From an uncultured Planctomycetaceae bacterium (GTDB taxonomy: Bacteria; Planctomycetota; Planctomycetia; Planctomycetales; Planctomycetaceae): 64,000 bases of DNA. The notes below the pieces were generated by a model. It saw only the letters and a list, made by a program, of their open reading frames with translations. It was not told the origin of the DNA and did no database searches. Where the stretch lies: contig CAWFAK010000009.1 in NCBI GenBank assembly GCA_963813715.1, forward strand, positions 224,001 through 288,000. Direction: 5' to 3'. The translations under genes were made by a program, and so were the position numbers. Below, piece by piece: positions 35,265 through 46,629 of this stretch; within the stretch, counting starts at the first letter, position 1, and the number at the start of each line of letters is the position of its first letter.

Positions 35265-36749
35265 TCAGATCTCGAGTGGCGCTTCGACGCCGCCGGTGAA
35301 CTCTTCGCCGTCCATCGGCTTGCCGTGCAGGATCTCGACCTTGTAGCCGCCCTTCGCCCGGAAGTAGACGATCAGGATGAGATAGCCGAAGGCCATAAGC
35401 ACGGGGACGATGGCCGTATAGCGCAGGGCCATGCGTCCGCCATAGAGGCGCGCGTCTTCCACAACCGGCGCGTCGGCTTGCTGCTGTGCGTCGAGAGTCT
35501 GATTCGCGTCCACCTTGTCGACCAGCTCGCCGACCTTCTTGCCGTCCAGGCCGGAGATCGGTTCAAAGAAGAGGAAGTGGCTCTTTTCCCCGGCGACATA
35601 CCGCTCGAACGTCGAGGGGGACTTTTCCCGCAGCTCCTTGGCCGCGAAATAGTCCTGCTGGTAGCCGATGCCAGGCCCGCCCAGAAGTCCGGCTGACAGC
35701 ATGCCGATGCCGCCCATCGTGCCCATCGTCAGTGCGCCGCCTTTGGGGAACCGCTCACCGACCACGCCCAGCATCGTCGGCCAGAAGAACGTTTTGCCGA
35801 GCGCGTAGGTTGTTCCCGCGACGAACACCAGGGCCGCCGCACCGGCATAGCTCAAAGCCGACAGGCCGATGGCCGCCAGGCAGGAACCGCAGAAAAGCAG
35901 GCCGATGGGGTTGATCCTCTCGACGATGGGTCCGGCGAAAAATCGCAGCACGAACATCAAAGTCGACATGTAGACGAAGAGCAAAAACGCCTTCCCCTTG
36001 ATCACGTTGTTCATGATGTTCGTGATCCAGCTGTCGGTCCCCAGTTCGACGTAACCGACCATCGCCATCAGCACGACGAGAAACAACAAAATCGGCGAGG
36101 CAAATTCCAGGAGCATCGTGGAAAACCCGACGCCGGCGGCGCGGGCTTCCGAGAGCGGGAATTTCTGGAAGAGGATGATGGAACCGTAAATGGCCGTCGG
36201 AACCAGGAACAGGGCCATCAGGATCTCCCAACGCACCTGTTGGATGGCCGAATTCGCTCCGCAGAAGCAGTACGCGAGCACCCCGCCCAGAACCAGGCCG
36301 CCCGGCCAACCCGCGTGCAGAATGTTGAGGTAATGCGTCTTCTGCCGCGGGTACAACGTCGCCACGAGCGGATTGATCGCCGTTTCGCACAGCCCGTTGG
36401 CGAACGAGAACATGAACATGCCCCAATAGAGGCAGTTGTACGTGGCGGTCTGGCCGAAGGCGGCGTAGATCGGCGTCGCCGCCAGCGTCACCACGGCCGA
36501 CAGCACGTGGAGCAAGAAGGCCAGCATCAAAATGGCCTTATAGCCCAGGCGATCGGTGACGGTGCTGAACAGAATGATGGTGATACCGCCGCCGACGAGT
36601 CCTCCGCCCGTGATTGTGCCGAGCACCTGCTTCGTGAAGCCGAATTGCGACTCCCAGTCGGCCAAGATGGCGCCGCGCAGGGCGAAGCCCAGGCCGGCGG
36701 CGATCAGCGTCATGAAGCTGGCGAAGAAGAGTGGGCGGTTGTTGTTCAT
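35265..36749 (-). CDS. MFS transporter
   Basis: About 12 TM helices, TDRLGYK motif A, ETAINPLVATLYP, LHAGWPGG. Confidence 0.9.
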   Translation of the reverse strand: MNNNRPLFFASFMTLIAAGLGFALRGAILADWESQFGFTKQVLGTITGGGLVGGGITIILFSTVTDRLGYKAILMLAFLLHVLSAVVTLAATPIYAAFGQTATYNCLYWGMFMFSFANGLCETAINPLVATLYPRQKTHYLNILHAGWPGGLVLGGVLAYCFCGANSAIQQVRWEILMALFLVPTAIYGSIILFQKFPLSEARAAGVGFSTMLLEFASPILLFLVVLMAMVGYVELGTDSWITNIMNNVIKGKAFLLFVYMSTLMFVLRFFAGPIVERINPIGLLFCGSCLAAIGLSALSYAGAAALVFVAGTTYALGKTFFWPTMLGVVGERFPKGGALTMGTMGGIGMLSAGLLGGPGIGYQQDYFAAKELREKSPSTFERYVAGEKSHFLFFEPISGLDGKKVGELVDKVDANQTLDAQQQADAPVVEDARLYGGRMALRYTAIVPVLMAFGYLILIVYFRAKGGYKVEILHGKPMDGEEFTGGVEAPLEI

Positions 36750-36966
36750 CGAGAGGAGACCTCAGCGCGGGAGGGGTCGGAAGCGGCGATAAGACCTCGC
36801 ATCGTACAACGGCCCGAAGGCGTTTTCCACGACCGAAAGCCAGTTTCGGCCGAAGAAACGAGCTTGCCCCGCGCGTCGCGCGGGCTGGACTCCGAGCGTC
36901 CGCAGAGGCTGACGCGAGCGAACTGTCTCAGGGCCGATTTTCCGTCTCGGCGGCAGGCCAAAACGG

Positions 36967-38091
36967 TCAGGAGCGGCGGCGAACGACGATCAGTTTGCCG
37001 CGCCGCGTCGCCTCGATGTGGCCGGGCAGCGTCACCGTCCCGCCCTCTTGGATTAACCGCCAAAGTCGGTCCCAGCCCTCGAAGCCGACGGCTTGTCGCG
37101 GCCAGTTCTGCCGCTTCCACAAGAGGACGAAGGCTTCCCGGACGATGTGCCTGCGCTCGCCGGCCAGCACGTCCGCGTTCAATCGCACCAGATCGGGCGA
37201 TTGATCTTCGAGGGACTTTTCGAGCGTTTCAGCGGCCAGCTCTTCGATGGTCGTTTGCACGTCGCGGATCCGCTCGGCCGTTTGTCGGACCGCGTCGAGG
37301 ATTTGCGGGCCGAGAATGCGGACCAGGTCAGGCAGGGCCTCGTTTCGAATGCGGCTCCGCGTCCGAGCTTGGTCGAAGTTGGTTTCGTCGGTCCGAAATT
37401 CCGCGCCGATCGACTCGAGAAAAGCGAGCAACTGTGACCGGTAGAAGGAGCTGAGGGGCCGCGAGAGGATAACGCCTTTGGCCAAGGGACGAGTGGCCGG
37501 CATGCCTTGCAGGCCGGCAAGGCCCGTGCCTCGGAAGAGATGATGCAGCACTGTCTCGACCTGGTCGTCGGCCGTGTGGGCAACGGCCACGTGCGAGCAA
37601 TTTGCGGCGCCGGCGGCGCGCTCGAAAAACCGGTAGCGCACGTCGCGGGCGGCCTCTTCGAGATTCAAGCCCCGCTCGCGCGCATAGGCCGGCACGTCCG
37701 CCGATTCGAGTGCCAGCGGAATGTCCAGGCGCTGGCACAGGTCGGCCGTCCAAGCGGCATCGTCCGCGGCAGCGGCGCCGCGGATTCCGTGATCGAGGTG
37801 CGCCGCGACGAGCTGCAATCGCTCCTGCTCGGCGAGGGCATGCAGGCCATACAACAGGGCCACGCTGTCGCCTCCCCCGGAGACACCGACCAGAATTCGC
37901 CGGCCGCCTAAACCGAGCGACTGGATTGATTTCGCCAGCGCGGCGAGAAACGGCGGGGCAGCCTGCGGCGGTGCACACGTTGCCTCTCGGTGATCATTGA
38001 GCGCAGAGATTGCCTGCTGACCTCGATCGGAATCTGTAACGTCGGAATCGGCGACGTCAGAATCTGCGAAGCCGGAATCTGTGACGTCCAT
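36967..38091 (-). CDS. tilS: tRNA(Ile)-lysidine synthetase (start uncertain)
   Basis: VSGGGDSVALL PP-loop, HLDHGIR, EEAARDVRY, AHTADDQVET, RSRIR. Confidence 0.95.
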   Translation of the reverse strand: MDVTDSGFADSDVADSDVTDSDRGQQAISALNDHREATCAPPQAAPPFLAALAKSIQSLGLGGRRILVGVSGGGDSVALLYGLHALAEQERLQLVAAHLDHGIRGAAAADDAAWTADLCQRLDIPLALESADVPAYARERGLNLEEAARDVRYRFFERAAGAANCSHVAVAHTADDQVETVLHHLFRGTGLAGLQGMPATRPLAKGVILSRPLSSFYRSQLLAFLESIGAEFRTDETNFDQARTRSRIRNEALPDLVRILGPQILDAVRQTAERIRDVQTTIEELAAETLEKSLEDQSPDLVRLNADVLAGERRHIVREAFVLLWKRQNWPRQAVGFEGWDRLWRLIQEGGTVTLPGHIEATRRGKLIVVRRRS

Positions 38092-38136
38092 CGGTCACCA
38101 GTCGCCGAAGATGGCGCGGTCAACAAATCGCGTAAG

Positions 38137-38164
38137 TTGACGTCTCGACTCGCCCTGATAGGAT
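38137..38164 (+). promoter_or_regulatory. Putative sigma-70 promoter facing rny
   Basis: TTGACG-N16-TAGGAT with an extended -10 TG. Confidence 0.5.
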
Positions 38165-38762
38165 AAAGGACTATTGATCACTGCGCGGAATTATTCGTTT
38201 TCCGCGAAACCGAAAGATGACGTAAGCTTAATGTTGGTCGGGAGCTTTGACGTTTCCCGGAACCTCCGAGGATCACCGCGGGGGACAGCGAAGGCCGCGG
38301 GAATTTCCACTCGGCTTTCCTGAGTTGTAACACGATCAGACCCGTTGGAAAACCAAGAATGGTTAGCCGTTTCAGCAGGGCGCTCTCATTCGTCGTGCAG
38401 TTCATGCTTGGACTGAGCGGCGTGGTTCGGTCTCTCCGCTCCGTCGTCTCCCGTGTCGCGCGGGGCCGGCAACGGAGCATGGCGAGGCAGTCGAGGGTGG
38501 TCCCCGTTCCGTTGTGGCTCGCACCGCTCGGCTTGCTGGGGCTCAAGCCCGCACTTGCGCCGGCCGCTGCGCCCGCCCGACACCGCGAGTCGCGCTTTGG
38601 CCCGGGTGATTGTGCCCGGCGCTTCGATTGCGCCCGGCACCATCGATGATTGGCCGTTTCAACTCGATGCCGTCCCTCCGTTGATTGCTCGTTTGCCGGT
38701 CGCCCTCGCCTGTGGGGCCGGCCCGGGTTTCGTCGCCGTTCCGATCGGAAAGCGGCGATGGC

Positions 38763-40309
38763 ATGGGCGTAATCGATTTGGTGGTTGGGCTGATCTGTTC
38801 GGCGCGGGTGTCGGGGCCGGCTTGCTGCTCGAGCGGGTCCGCCAGGGGGCGGGTTACCGCACTCGGGACGAAATCATCAAGCAAGCCGAGGTCGAGGCGG
38901 GCAACCTGCTCAGGTCGCATGAGCTGGCGGCCAAGGAAGACCTGCTCAAGCGCCGCGAGTCGATGGAGCGCGAGATCCAGAACACGCGCGAAGAGCTCCG
39001 CGAAGTCGAACGCAAGCTCGACCGCCGCGAAATCGTGCTCAACGAGCAGGTCGACGACATTCAGAAAAAGGAACGGATGCTCGAGCTGACGCAGCACAAG
39101 CTGGCCGACCGCGGCAAGGCGCTCGAAGTCCGCGAACGCGAGCTCGAGCGCATCCTCGAGGAGGAGCAGGAACAGCTCTACAAGATTAGCGGACTCGACA
39201 AGAAGGCCGGCACCGAAATGCTGCTCGAACGGCTCGAGCGGCAGCTCAAGAACGAAACCGGCGCGGTGATTCTCAGATTCCAGAACGAACTCAAGGCGCA
39301 GTGCGATCGCCAGTCGCGCGAAGTGCTGGCCATGGCGATCCAGCGCTACGCCGCCCCGCACACCTCCGAAACCACTGTTTCGACCGTCGACATCCCCAAC
39401 GACGAGATGAAGGGCCGCATCATCGGCCGCGAAGGTCGCAACATCCGCGCCTTCGAGAAGGAGACGGGCGTCGACGTGATCGTCGACGACACGCCGGGCG
39501 TGGTGATCGTCTCGGCCTTCGACAACGTCCGTCGCGAAATCGCCAAGCTGGCGATGATCAAATTGATTCAGGACGGGCGGATCCATCCGAGCCGCATCGA
39601 AGAGGTCGTCCGCGAAACGCAGAAGGAAATGAACGACCGCATCCGCCACCTCGGGCTCGAGGCGGCGCAGGAAGCCGGCGCCGCAGGTCTGCACGAAAAA
39701 CTGGTCGAGTTGATGGGACGGCTCAACTTCCGCGTGAGCTATAGCCAGAACGTGCGGCGGCACTCGATCGAAGTCGCCCACCTCACCGGCATGCTGGCCG
39801 AACAGCTGGGGCTCGACGGGGCGCTCGCTCGCCGTTGCGGCTTCTTGCACGACATCGGCAAGGCCGCCGACCACGAAATGGAAGGCGGACACCCGGCCGT
39901 CGGTGCCGAGTTGCTCAAACGCTATGGAGAGCCGCCCGAGGTCGTGCACGCGGCGTTGGGCCATCACGACGACATCCGCGTCGATCATATTTACACAGTG
40001 CTGGTCGCCGCGGCCGACGCCATCTCCGCCGCTCGTCCCGGTGCGCGGCGCGAGACGCTGGAAAAATACGTCAGGCGGCTCGAAGAGCTGGAGTCACTGG
40101 CTTGCGGGTTCCCGGGGGTCGAGCAGGCGTACGCCGTGCAGGCCGGTCGCGAGATCCGCGTGATCGTCGACGCCAAGCAGATCAACGACCGCGAGGCGGC
40201 CAAGATGTGCCGCGACCTGGCCAAGTCGATCGAAGAAACGCTCACGTATCCAGGCGAGATCAAGGTGCAGGTGCTGCGCGAGTTTCGCACGGTCGAGTTT
40301 GCGAAGTAA
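38763..40309 (+). CDS. rny: Ribonuclease Y (frameshift near 38795 in the N-terminal TM)
   Basis: N-terminal TM, coiled coil, KH ([13 protein letters not shown]), HD (LHDIGK), [11 protein letters not shown]. Confidence 0.96.
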
Positions 40310-40369
40310 GAGGCGGGTCGCCCAACCTTCGAATCGACAGGCTGATCCGCCGCGGCGGACCGCTCGCCT

Positions 40370-41865
40370 TTAGGGCGCGGGCACGTGTGACGAGAGGACG
40401 CGCTCGGCTGCGGCCTCGCCACTTTGCACGCAGTCGGGGACGCCCACGCCGTCGAACGCGTTCCCCGCGAGAGCCAATCGCGGGTGGCCCGCAAGCAAGC
40501 TCCGGATGTGGGCCACCCGATCGCGATGGCCGACGTAATATTGTGGCATCGACCGCTCGTGACGCGAGACCCGCGCGAAGAGCGGCTCGCCCCGCACTCC
40601 CAGGATCTCGCCCAGCTCCGACCGCACCAAGCGGACCAGTTCCTCGTCGTCCCCCTGGAGAAACTCCGGCTGCAGGGCCCCGCCGACGAATGTCCGCAGC
40701 ACAACTTGGCCGGCCGGCGCGGCCCGCGAACTTGCGGCTGGCAAACGAGACCGACAAAATCCGCCGCCGCTCGACGGCCGGAATCACCAGGCCCGACGCG
40801 GCGAGCGGATGATCCACGTCGCGCTCGCGATGTCCGGTCACCACAATCGCGCTCGACGCGTATTCGATTGCGCCCAGGGCCGCGCTCAGGTTCGCGTCGG
40901 CCGTCGTCAAGAGTGCGGCCGCTCGGTGGGCCGGCAGCGCACGAACGACCGCGTCGAACGGCAGGCTGCGTCCGTCTGCCGTTTCGAGCGTCCAGCCCTC
41001 GCCCGTGTCAGCAGAACGCCGCAGGCCGCGGATGGGCGTGTCGCGCCGAATCGATCCGGCCGCTTCGATGCGGCGCACGAGCGCGTCGACCAGTTCCGAC
41101 ATCCCATTTTGAAAAGAAGCAAACATGCCGTAGCGGGCGCCGCTTTCAGGCGACGCGCCCGCCGACTGAGGTCTCTTCCGGCCGCCGCTGGCCGCGCGCG
41201 GCGCGGATCAGGCTGCCGTGCCGCCGCTCCATCTCGATGAACCGTGGCAACGTGGCTTCGAGGCTGAGTTTTTCCGGATCGGACGTGTAGATGCCGGCCA
41301 CCAGTGGCTGAACGAGCCGATCGAGCGCCTCGGCTCCGAGGCGGCGCCGCACGAACGACGCGACGCTTTCGTCGCCGGTTTCGGTCCGCCGCGGCACGAG
41401 GCATTCCAGTCCGAGCCGCAGTTTTCCCAGCGGACTGAAGATCGGCGAGGTGAGCACCGGCCAGATGCGGGACGGTGCCATCAGCATGAATCCGTCCGGG
41501 ATGGGGACCGGTTTGCCTCGCCGCAGCACGAGCGCCTGGCGATGGGCGGCGTCGGTGGGGATCAGCCGCTCGTCGAGATGCAGACGGTGGCACAACTCGA
41601 TTCCCGCCGGCTTGTTGGTGATGAACGAGTCGGCCCCCATTTCGACGACGCAGTCGGCGATCCGCTCGGTCCAGATCACGCCTCCCAAGCGGGGGCCGGT
41701 CTCGAACAGCTCGACCTCGACACGTTGCCGCGATTTTTCGGCCAGCTCGAGGGCGTGGTGCGCGGCCGCCAGTCCGCTGATACCGCCGCCGATCACCGCG
41801 AGCCGAAAGGCGCGATCGGCTCGCGCTGCGGGTTGTTCGCGGAGAGTGTGACCTTCTGGACTCAT
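40370..41865 (-). CDS. hemY: Protoporphyrinogen/coproporphyrinogen oxidase, HemY type (frameshifts near 41150 and 40720)
   Basis: VIGGGISGLAAA, EMGADSF, QPLVAGIY, MPQYYVGH, GVGVPDCV. Confidence 0.9.
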
Positions 41866-41880
41866 GCAACACGACGAATT

Positions 41881-42936
41881 CTAAAAGCCGTCGTTCGAGC
41901 GGGACGCCCCCATCTCGTGCACCATCGCCACCAGGGCTTTGACATTCGCTGGATCGGTCTCGGGCAGCACGCCGTGGCCCAGGTTGAAGATATGCCCCGG
42001 CCGCCCCCCTGCTCCCGCGAGCACGGCCTGGGTCTGCGCCTTGAGCGTCGCCAGGTCGGCCTGGAGCACCAGCGGATCGAGATTTCCCTGCATCGCCATG
42101 TCGTGCCCCACGGCGCTGCCAGGCGTCGGCGAGATCCATCCGCCAATCAAGGCCGATGATCGAACCGCCGGCCTCGCGCTGAAGCTGGAGGAGCGCCGGA
42201 TTGCCAGTCAGAAAATGAATCGTCGGCACGTGCGTCGGCAAACGCGCAAACACTCGCTGGGAATATGGCAGAGCGTATCGTCGATAGTCGGCCGGCGACA
42301 AACAGCCGACCCAACTGTCAAAAATTTGTACGGCCTGGCAACCGGCCTCGATCTGTCGCTCGAGATAGCCCACGATCGAGTCGGCCAATCGCCCGAGCAG
42401 CGCAGCCCACAGCTCGGGGCAGGCGTACATGATCCGCTTCGTGCGAGCGAAGTCGCGCGAGCCGCCCCCTTCAATCGCGTACGACGCCAACGTGAACGGG
42501 GCCCCGGCAAAACCCAAGAGCGGAATGTCGCCCGGCAGCTGTTTGCGGACGAGCCGCACCGTGTCGTAGACAAAGCCCAGCTCGTCTAGGTCGCAAGCCC
42601 GCACCCGCTGCAGGTCGTCGAGCATGCGGACCGGGTTAGAATCTTCGGGCCGCCGCCGGCCGTGTACTCGAGCTGAAAACCCATCGGCTCGAGGATCGGC
42701 AGCAAATCGGCAAACAAGATCGCCGCGTCGACGCCGAGCGCCTGCTGGGCGGTGAGCGTGACCTCCGCCGCCAGCTCGGGCCGCTTGCACAGCTCGAGAA
42801 ACGTGACCCGATCGCGGACGCGGCGATACTCGGGCAAGTACCGGCCCGCCTGGCGCATGATCCAGACGGGCGTGGTATCAACGGGTTCGCGCCGGGCGGC
42901 ACGCAGAAAGCGACTGTTATGAAGCTCGGGCGTCAT
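41881..42936 (-). CDS. hemE: Uroporphyrinogen decarboxylase (frameshifts near 42640 and 42120)
   Basis: [49 protein letters not shown]. Confidence 0.95.
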
Positions 42937-42955
42937 CAATCCAATCTTAGCAGTT

Positions 42956-43071
42956 GGCGAGCGGCCGGTGTCAGCCGGCCGGTTCTTGGCGTGTTCGGTC
43001 GAACGCGCAATCACGTTTTGATCGCGGGATTGGGGTTCAAAGAACCGGCGGGCTTACACCCGCCGCTCGCC
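42956..43071. repeat. Inverted REP pair (REPIN-like)
   Basis: REP on - at 42956-42986 and on + at 43041-43071. Confidence 0.9.
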
Positions 43072-43911
43072 CGTGCGATCGCGCTTACCTGGTAAGATCG
43101 TCGGCGCGGCTTCCAGCGTTTGGACGACCAGCTGGCCCATCCGGGTCGGAACCGCTTCGACGTCGACCGGCAAGCCCTGTTCGCGGATCGTCTCGCTCGC
43201 AGTCGGACCGATTGAGCCGATCACGCATCGCCGGGCGGCGGCAATCCACGCGACGCTCTGGCTGGCCGACTCGGCCACCTCCAATACGCAATTGAGCTGG
43301 TGGGCGCTCGTGAAAAGCAGCACGTCAAACTGGTCGGTGATCGTCGCCGCCACGGCCCGACGCAGCGGTTCGACGTCCTCGGGCAGCGCCCAGCGATAGA
43401 CGGGAATTTGCTCCACCGTCGCACCGCGCGACGCGAGCGCTTCCGCCAGCTCGTCGTTTGGTCGGCCGTATTCCTGCACGGCGATCCGTTTCGATGCGAC
43501 GACTCCCGCCGCCTCGAGTGCCGTGAGCAGTTCGCGCCACGTGTTGGGCTCGGCCGCACGAACAGTGATCGGCACTTGCCACTCGCGGAGCACGGCCGCC
43601 GGTTTCGGTCCGCGGACGGCGACCGTAGTGCGGCGAAGCGCGGCAAGAAGCTGTTCGCGGTCAAAACGCGTTTCGACTGCCTCCAACAGGGTCCGCGCTC
43701 CGACGCCGGTGAGAAATACCATTACGTCGAACTCGCCGGCCAGGAGTGCTTCAGCAAAGGCGAAAGCACGCGTATTCGACTCGAGCGGCACCTCGCGCAT
43801 CGACGGCACAACCGTCGCGGAGGCTCCCTGACGCTCGATCAGCGAGTCGCATTTCGTCGGCGCGGCGGCTCTCGAAGCTGCAAACTCGCAGAGAGTTCCC
43901 TGGCTGATCAA
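43054..43911 (-). CDS. hemD: Uroporphyrinogen-III synthase
   Basis: VFLTGVG, AVRGPKP, PVYRW, LLFTSA, SIGPTAS; directly upstream of hemE. Confidence 0.88.
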   Translation of the reverse strand: MISQGTLCEFAASRAAAPTKCDSLIERQGASATVVPSMREVPLESNTRAFAFAEALLAGEFDVMVFLTGVGARTLLEAVETRFDREQLLAALRRTTVAVRGPKPAAVLREWQVPITVRAAEPNTWRELLTALEAAGVVASKRIAVQEYGRPNDELAEALASRGATVEQIPVYRWALPEDVEPLRRAVAATITDQFDVLLFTSAHQLNCVLEVAESASQSVAWIAAARRCVIGSIGPTASETIREQGLPVDVEAVPTRMGQLVVQTLEAAPTILPGKRDRTGERRV

Positions 43912-44165
43912 CCACCGTCACCACATTCCCATCATGTAACCGACCCAGAACATCGGGTTCGCGGCGGCCAGCCAGGCGATCGTCACGAGGACGAAGATGG
44001 CGGCGACCAGAACGCCGCCGATGCAGCCCAGCACGAAAAGCGCACGGCGGACCTGTCGAGTTCAACCCGACGGATGGAGCCGGAGTCAATTATAAAGAAC
44101 CGGTCGGCGAAGACTGTGGCGGGCCCCCGAAGAATTTGGCGAGCGTGCGATTCGCTCAGCGCATT

Positions 44166-44343
44166 AAAAAAACGCCGCGAGTAACGGTTCTGAAACGGCC
44201 GACCGGATGAGCGGAGGCGCTTTCCCGGAATCATGCCGAAGCACGTCCGGCTCCACTCCCGGCCGGCCGTTCCAGTGCCGTCGGGCGAAGGTCTGGGTGA
44301 CGAAGAACCCAGGCTGTGAAGGGCGAGCAGCATTGCTCGCGAT
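44166..44343 (-). ncRNA. Candidate ~175-nt structured RNA (sRNA or leader) transcribed from a sigma-54 promoter
   Basis: 5'/3' closing stem, internal hairpin, long irregular helix, U7 tract at the 3' end. Confidence 0.55.
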
Positions 44344-44354
44344 TTATCTCTTTG

Positions 44355-44369
44355 GCAAACGCTGTGCCA
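44355..44369 (-). promoter_or_regulatory. Sigma-54 (-24/-12) promoter
   Basis: Minus strand TGGCAC-AGCGT-TTGC, matching the TGGCAC-N5-TTGC consensus. Confidence 0.75.
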
Positions 44370-44688
44370 GCGAAACACAGAGTGTAAATATGTCGTTTTT
44401 CCCGGGGAATTTTGCAATTCTCGCTCGCGCGACGTTTTTCGCGGCGCGGCAGAGTGCCTTGACCTTATTCAACTGCTGTCGAAGAATCGGGCGAGTGCCT
44501 CGATCGCGGGCGGCGGACGTGCCGCGACGAGTTACAGAGGCTTGACCGGGCGGCGGACCGAGCCGTATTCTGCCAGTGAAGTCGGGCGCTCGATCGGTTG
44601 GATTCTGGAAGCGTATGAGCCGTCCGGAGTTCCTCGTCTGAACTCGCCGTCCCAGGGCAGGCTGATCGGCGTCGATGGGGACGATCGC

Positions 44689-45249
44689 ATGAGCAAAAAC
44701 GAATCTGTGACCGACGAAACTAGCTCGTCTCCCGGCACCCAAGCTTCCCCAGCTCCCGGCTCACGGATTGAAGTCGCCGGCGACGAGGACTGGAAGTCGC
44801 GGGTCAAAGCCGAGGCCGCTGCTCTCGATCAGCAATTCCGCTCGCAGCCGCCAGACAATCCGTCGGAGGCATCGAAGCCGGCAGGACAGGCAAACGCGGA
44901 AACCCCGTCAGCCGCCACAAGCGAGGCGACCGCCGCCAGCGACACCCCCGACTCGGCAAGTCGCGCAGTCCCGGATCGGGAACCGGCACGGGAAATGCCC
45001 GAGCCAACCTTCGCGGATCTCGTCGCCTTGCTTTCCACGCAGGCGATGATGTTCCTCGGACTCATTCCTAACCCGGCAACTCAAAAGACGGTAACGCAGC
45101 TGCCGACGGCTCGATATTTCATCGACCTGATTAGTATCCTGGAGGAAAAGACAGCGGGCCGAATCACGAAAGAAGAATCCACTATCCTCGCCGAAACGTT
45201 ACACTCATTGCGCATGACTTTTATGCAGTGTTCCAAGCAAACCGGTTGA
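44689..45249 (+). CDS. DUF1844 domain protein
   Basis: DEDWKSRVKAE; FADLVALLSTQAMMFLG..ARYFIDLISILEEKTAG. Confidence 0.85.
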   Translation: MSKNESVTDETSSSPGTQASPAPGSRIEVAGDEDWKSRVKAEAAALDQQFRSQPPDNPSEASKPAGQANAETPSAATSEATAASDTPDSASRAVPDREPAREMPEPTFADLVALLSTQAMMFLGLIPNPATQKTVTQLPTARYFIDLISILEEKTAGRITKEESTILAETLHSLRMTFMQCSKQTG

Positions 45250-45346
45250 GAAGACGTTCGCTTTTCCCGCTTTGAAGTCCCGCGGGCGCTGGCCCGCTTT
45301 TGCTCGAAGAGATCGTTGCCGCCGTTCCTTCGAGTCGGCCCGCATT

Positions 45347-46629
45347 ATGAAGACGTCTCATCCCGCACATTGGCGGTCTTACGTCGACCCGTCGCGCTGG
45401 TTCCGGGTGTGGCATCCGCCGGGATGGACGCTCGTCGAATCGGGAGGCGAGGCGCAGCTCGTCGGGCCGGGGTCGGGCGGACTGTTGCGGATCGTCGGCC
45501 GCTGGCGCTCGAACTGGAACAAAGTCGACTTCGACACGATCGTCGATCCCGAACAGGTCTTCTCCGACAGCCGCCACATCCGCCGCACGCGCCGCTCGAA
45601 GGTCCGTACCCCTCGATGTGCACCGAGGGCGAATCGAACGACCTGGCGAAGCTCTCGTGGTGGAAGCGGTGGCTGCGGCCGCCAGAGTGGCGTCCCTGGA
45701 AGCTGTGGACCGCCCGCTATAAGTCCGTCTGCGTGGTCGCCACGTTTCAGACGACGGGCCGCCGCGATCCGGAGCTGGAGACGCTGGCGACGATGATCAT
45801 GAACTCGCTCGAGTTCGCGGACGAGCCGCCCGATCCGCCGCACATTTTCGCGGACCGCGTGGTGCGGATCGCCCGCGACCGGTTTCCGTCGCTCAAATGC
45901 CATCGCAGCGACGAATTTCGCGTGCAGCTCGGCGAATCGAACATCAATCTCTTCAACTTTTACCGCAACTACGTGCAGGAGCCCGAGCGTTTCGAAGACA
46001 TCATTCTTCCCGCGCTCGCCACCGTCGCGCAGGTGCAAAAGTGGGACTCGGCCCAGTCGGAACCGAGCCTGGCGTCCGTCCGCGGCCGCATTCTGCCGAT
46101 GCTCTATCCCGAGGAAGTCTGGCGGCGGAGTTTCCCCAACTTCGTCGGCACTCCCTGGGTGGGCGACCTGATGGTGCTCTACGTCGTCGATGAGCAGCAC
46201 GCCTATTGGTACATCCGGGACGACATGCTCAGCCGCTGGCACATCGACCGCGAAACGCTGCACGAGTTGGCCCTGGCGAATCTCGACCGCTACTTCGAGC
46301 GGCAACAGATGGAATACGTGATGGGCCGCGAGGACGGCGGCTCGATGCTGTTGATGCCCAAACGGCCCGATGCCTACAACTCGTCGCGGATTCTCAGTCG
46401 CCAGTTCTGTTCGGCCCTGCGGACGGAATTGGGGGCCGAACTGGCCGTCGGTGTTCCCAGCCGCGATTTCATCGTCGCCGTCAGCATGGGGCAGGCCGAG
46501 GCATTGAGCGAAATTCGCCGCAAGGTCGAAGACGACTTCAATCGCATGGATCACCCGCTCTCCCCGCGGCTATTGCTCGTCAGCGCCGACGGCGTGAGCG
46601 AGTTCCCGGAGCGCCCGCTTGAGGCGTGA
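45347..46629 (+). CDS. DUF1444-like protein (frameshift near 45600)
   Basis: NLFNFYRNY, ILPML, VLYVVD, LHELALANL, DAYNSSRIL, VGVPSRD. Confidence 0.75.

Noticed and set aside
38026..38091. 15-bp tandem repeat encoding (D-x-x-D-S)n at the tilS 5' end
   Set aside because: The repeat is real, but the tilS start is uncertain and I cannot support any function.
43917..44060. Small hydrophobic ORF upstream of hemD (..LFVLGCIGGVLVAAIFVLVTIAWL..MW*)
   Set aside because: Plausible membrane peptide, but there is an in-frame stop just upstream and no clear start or RBS.
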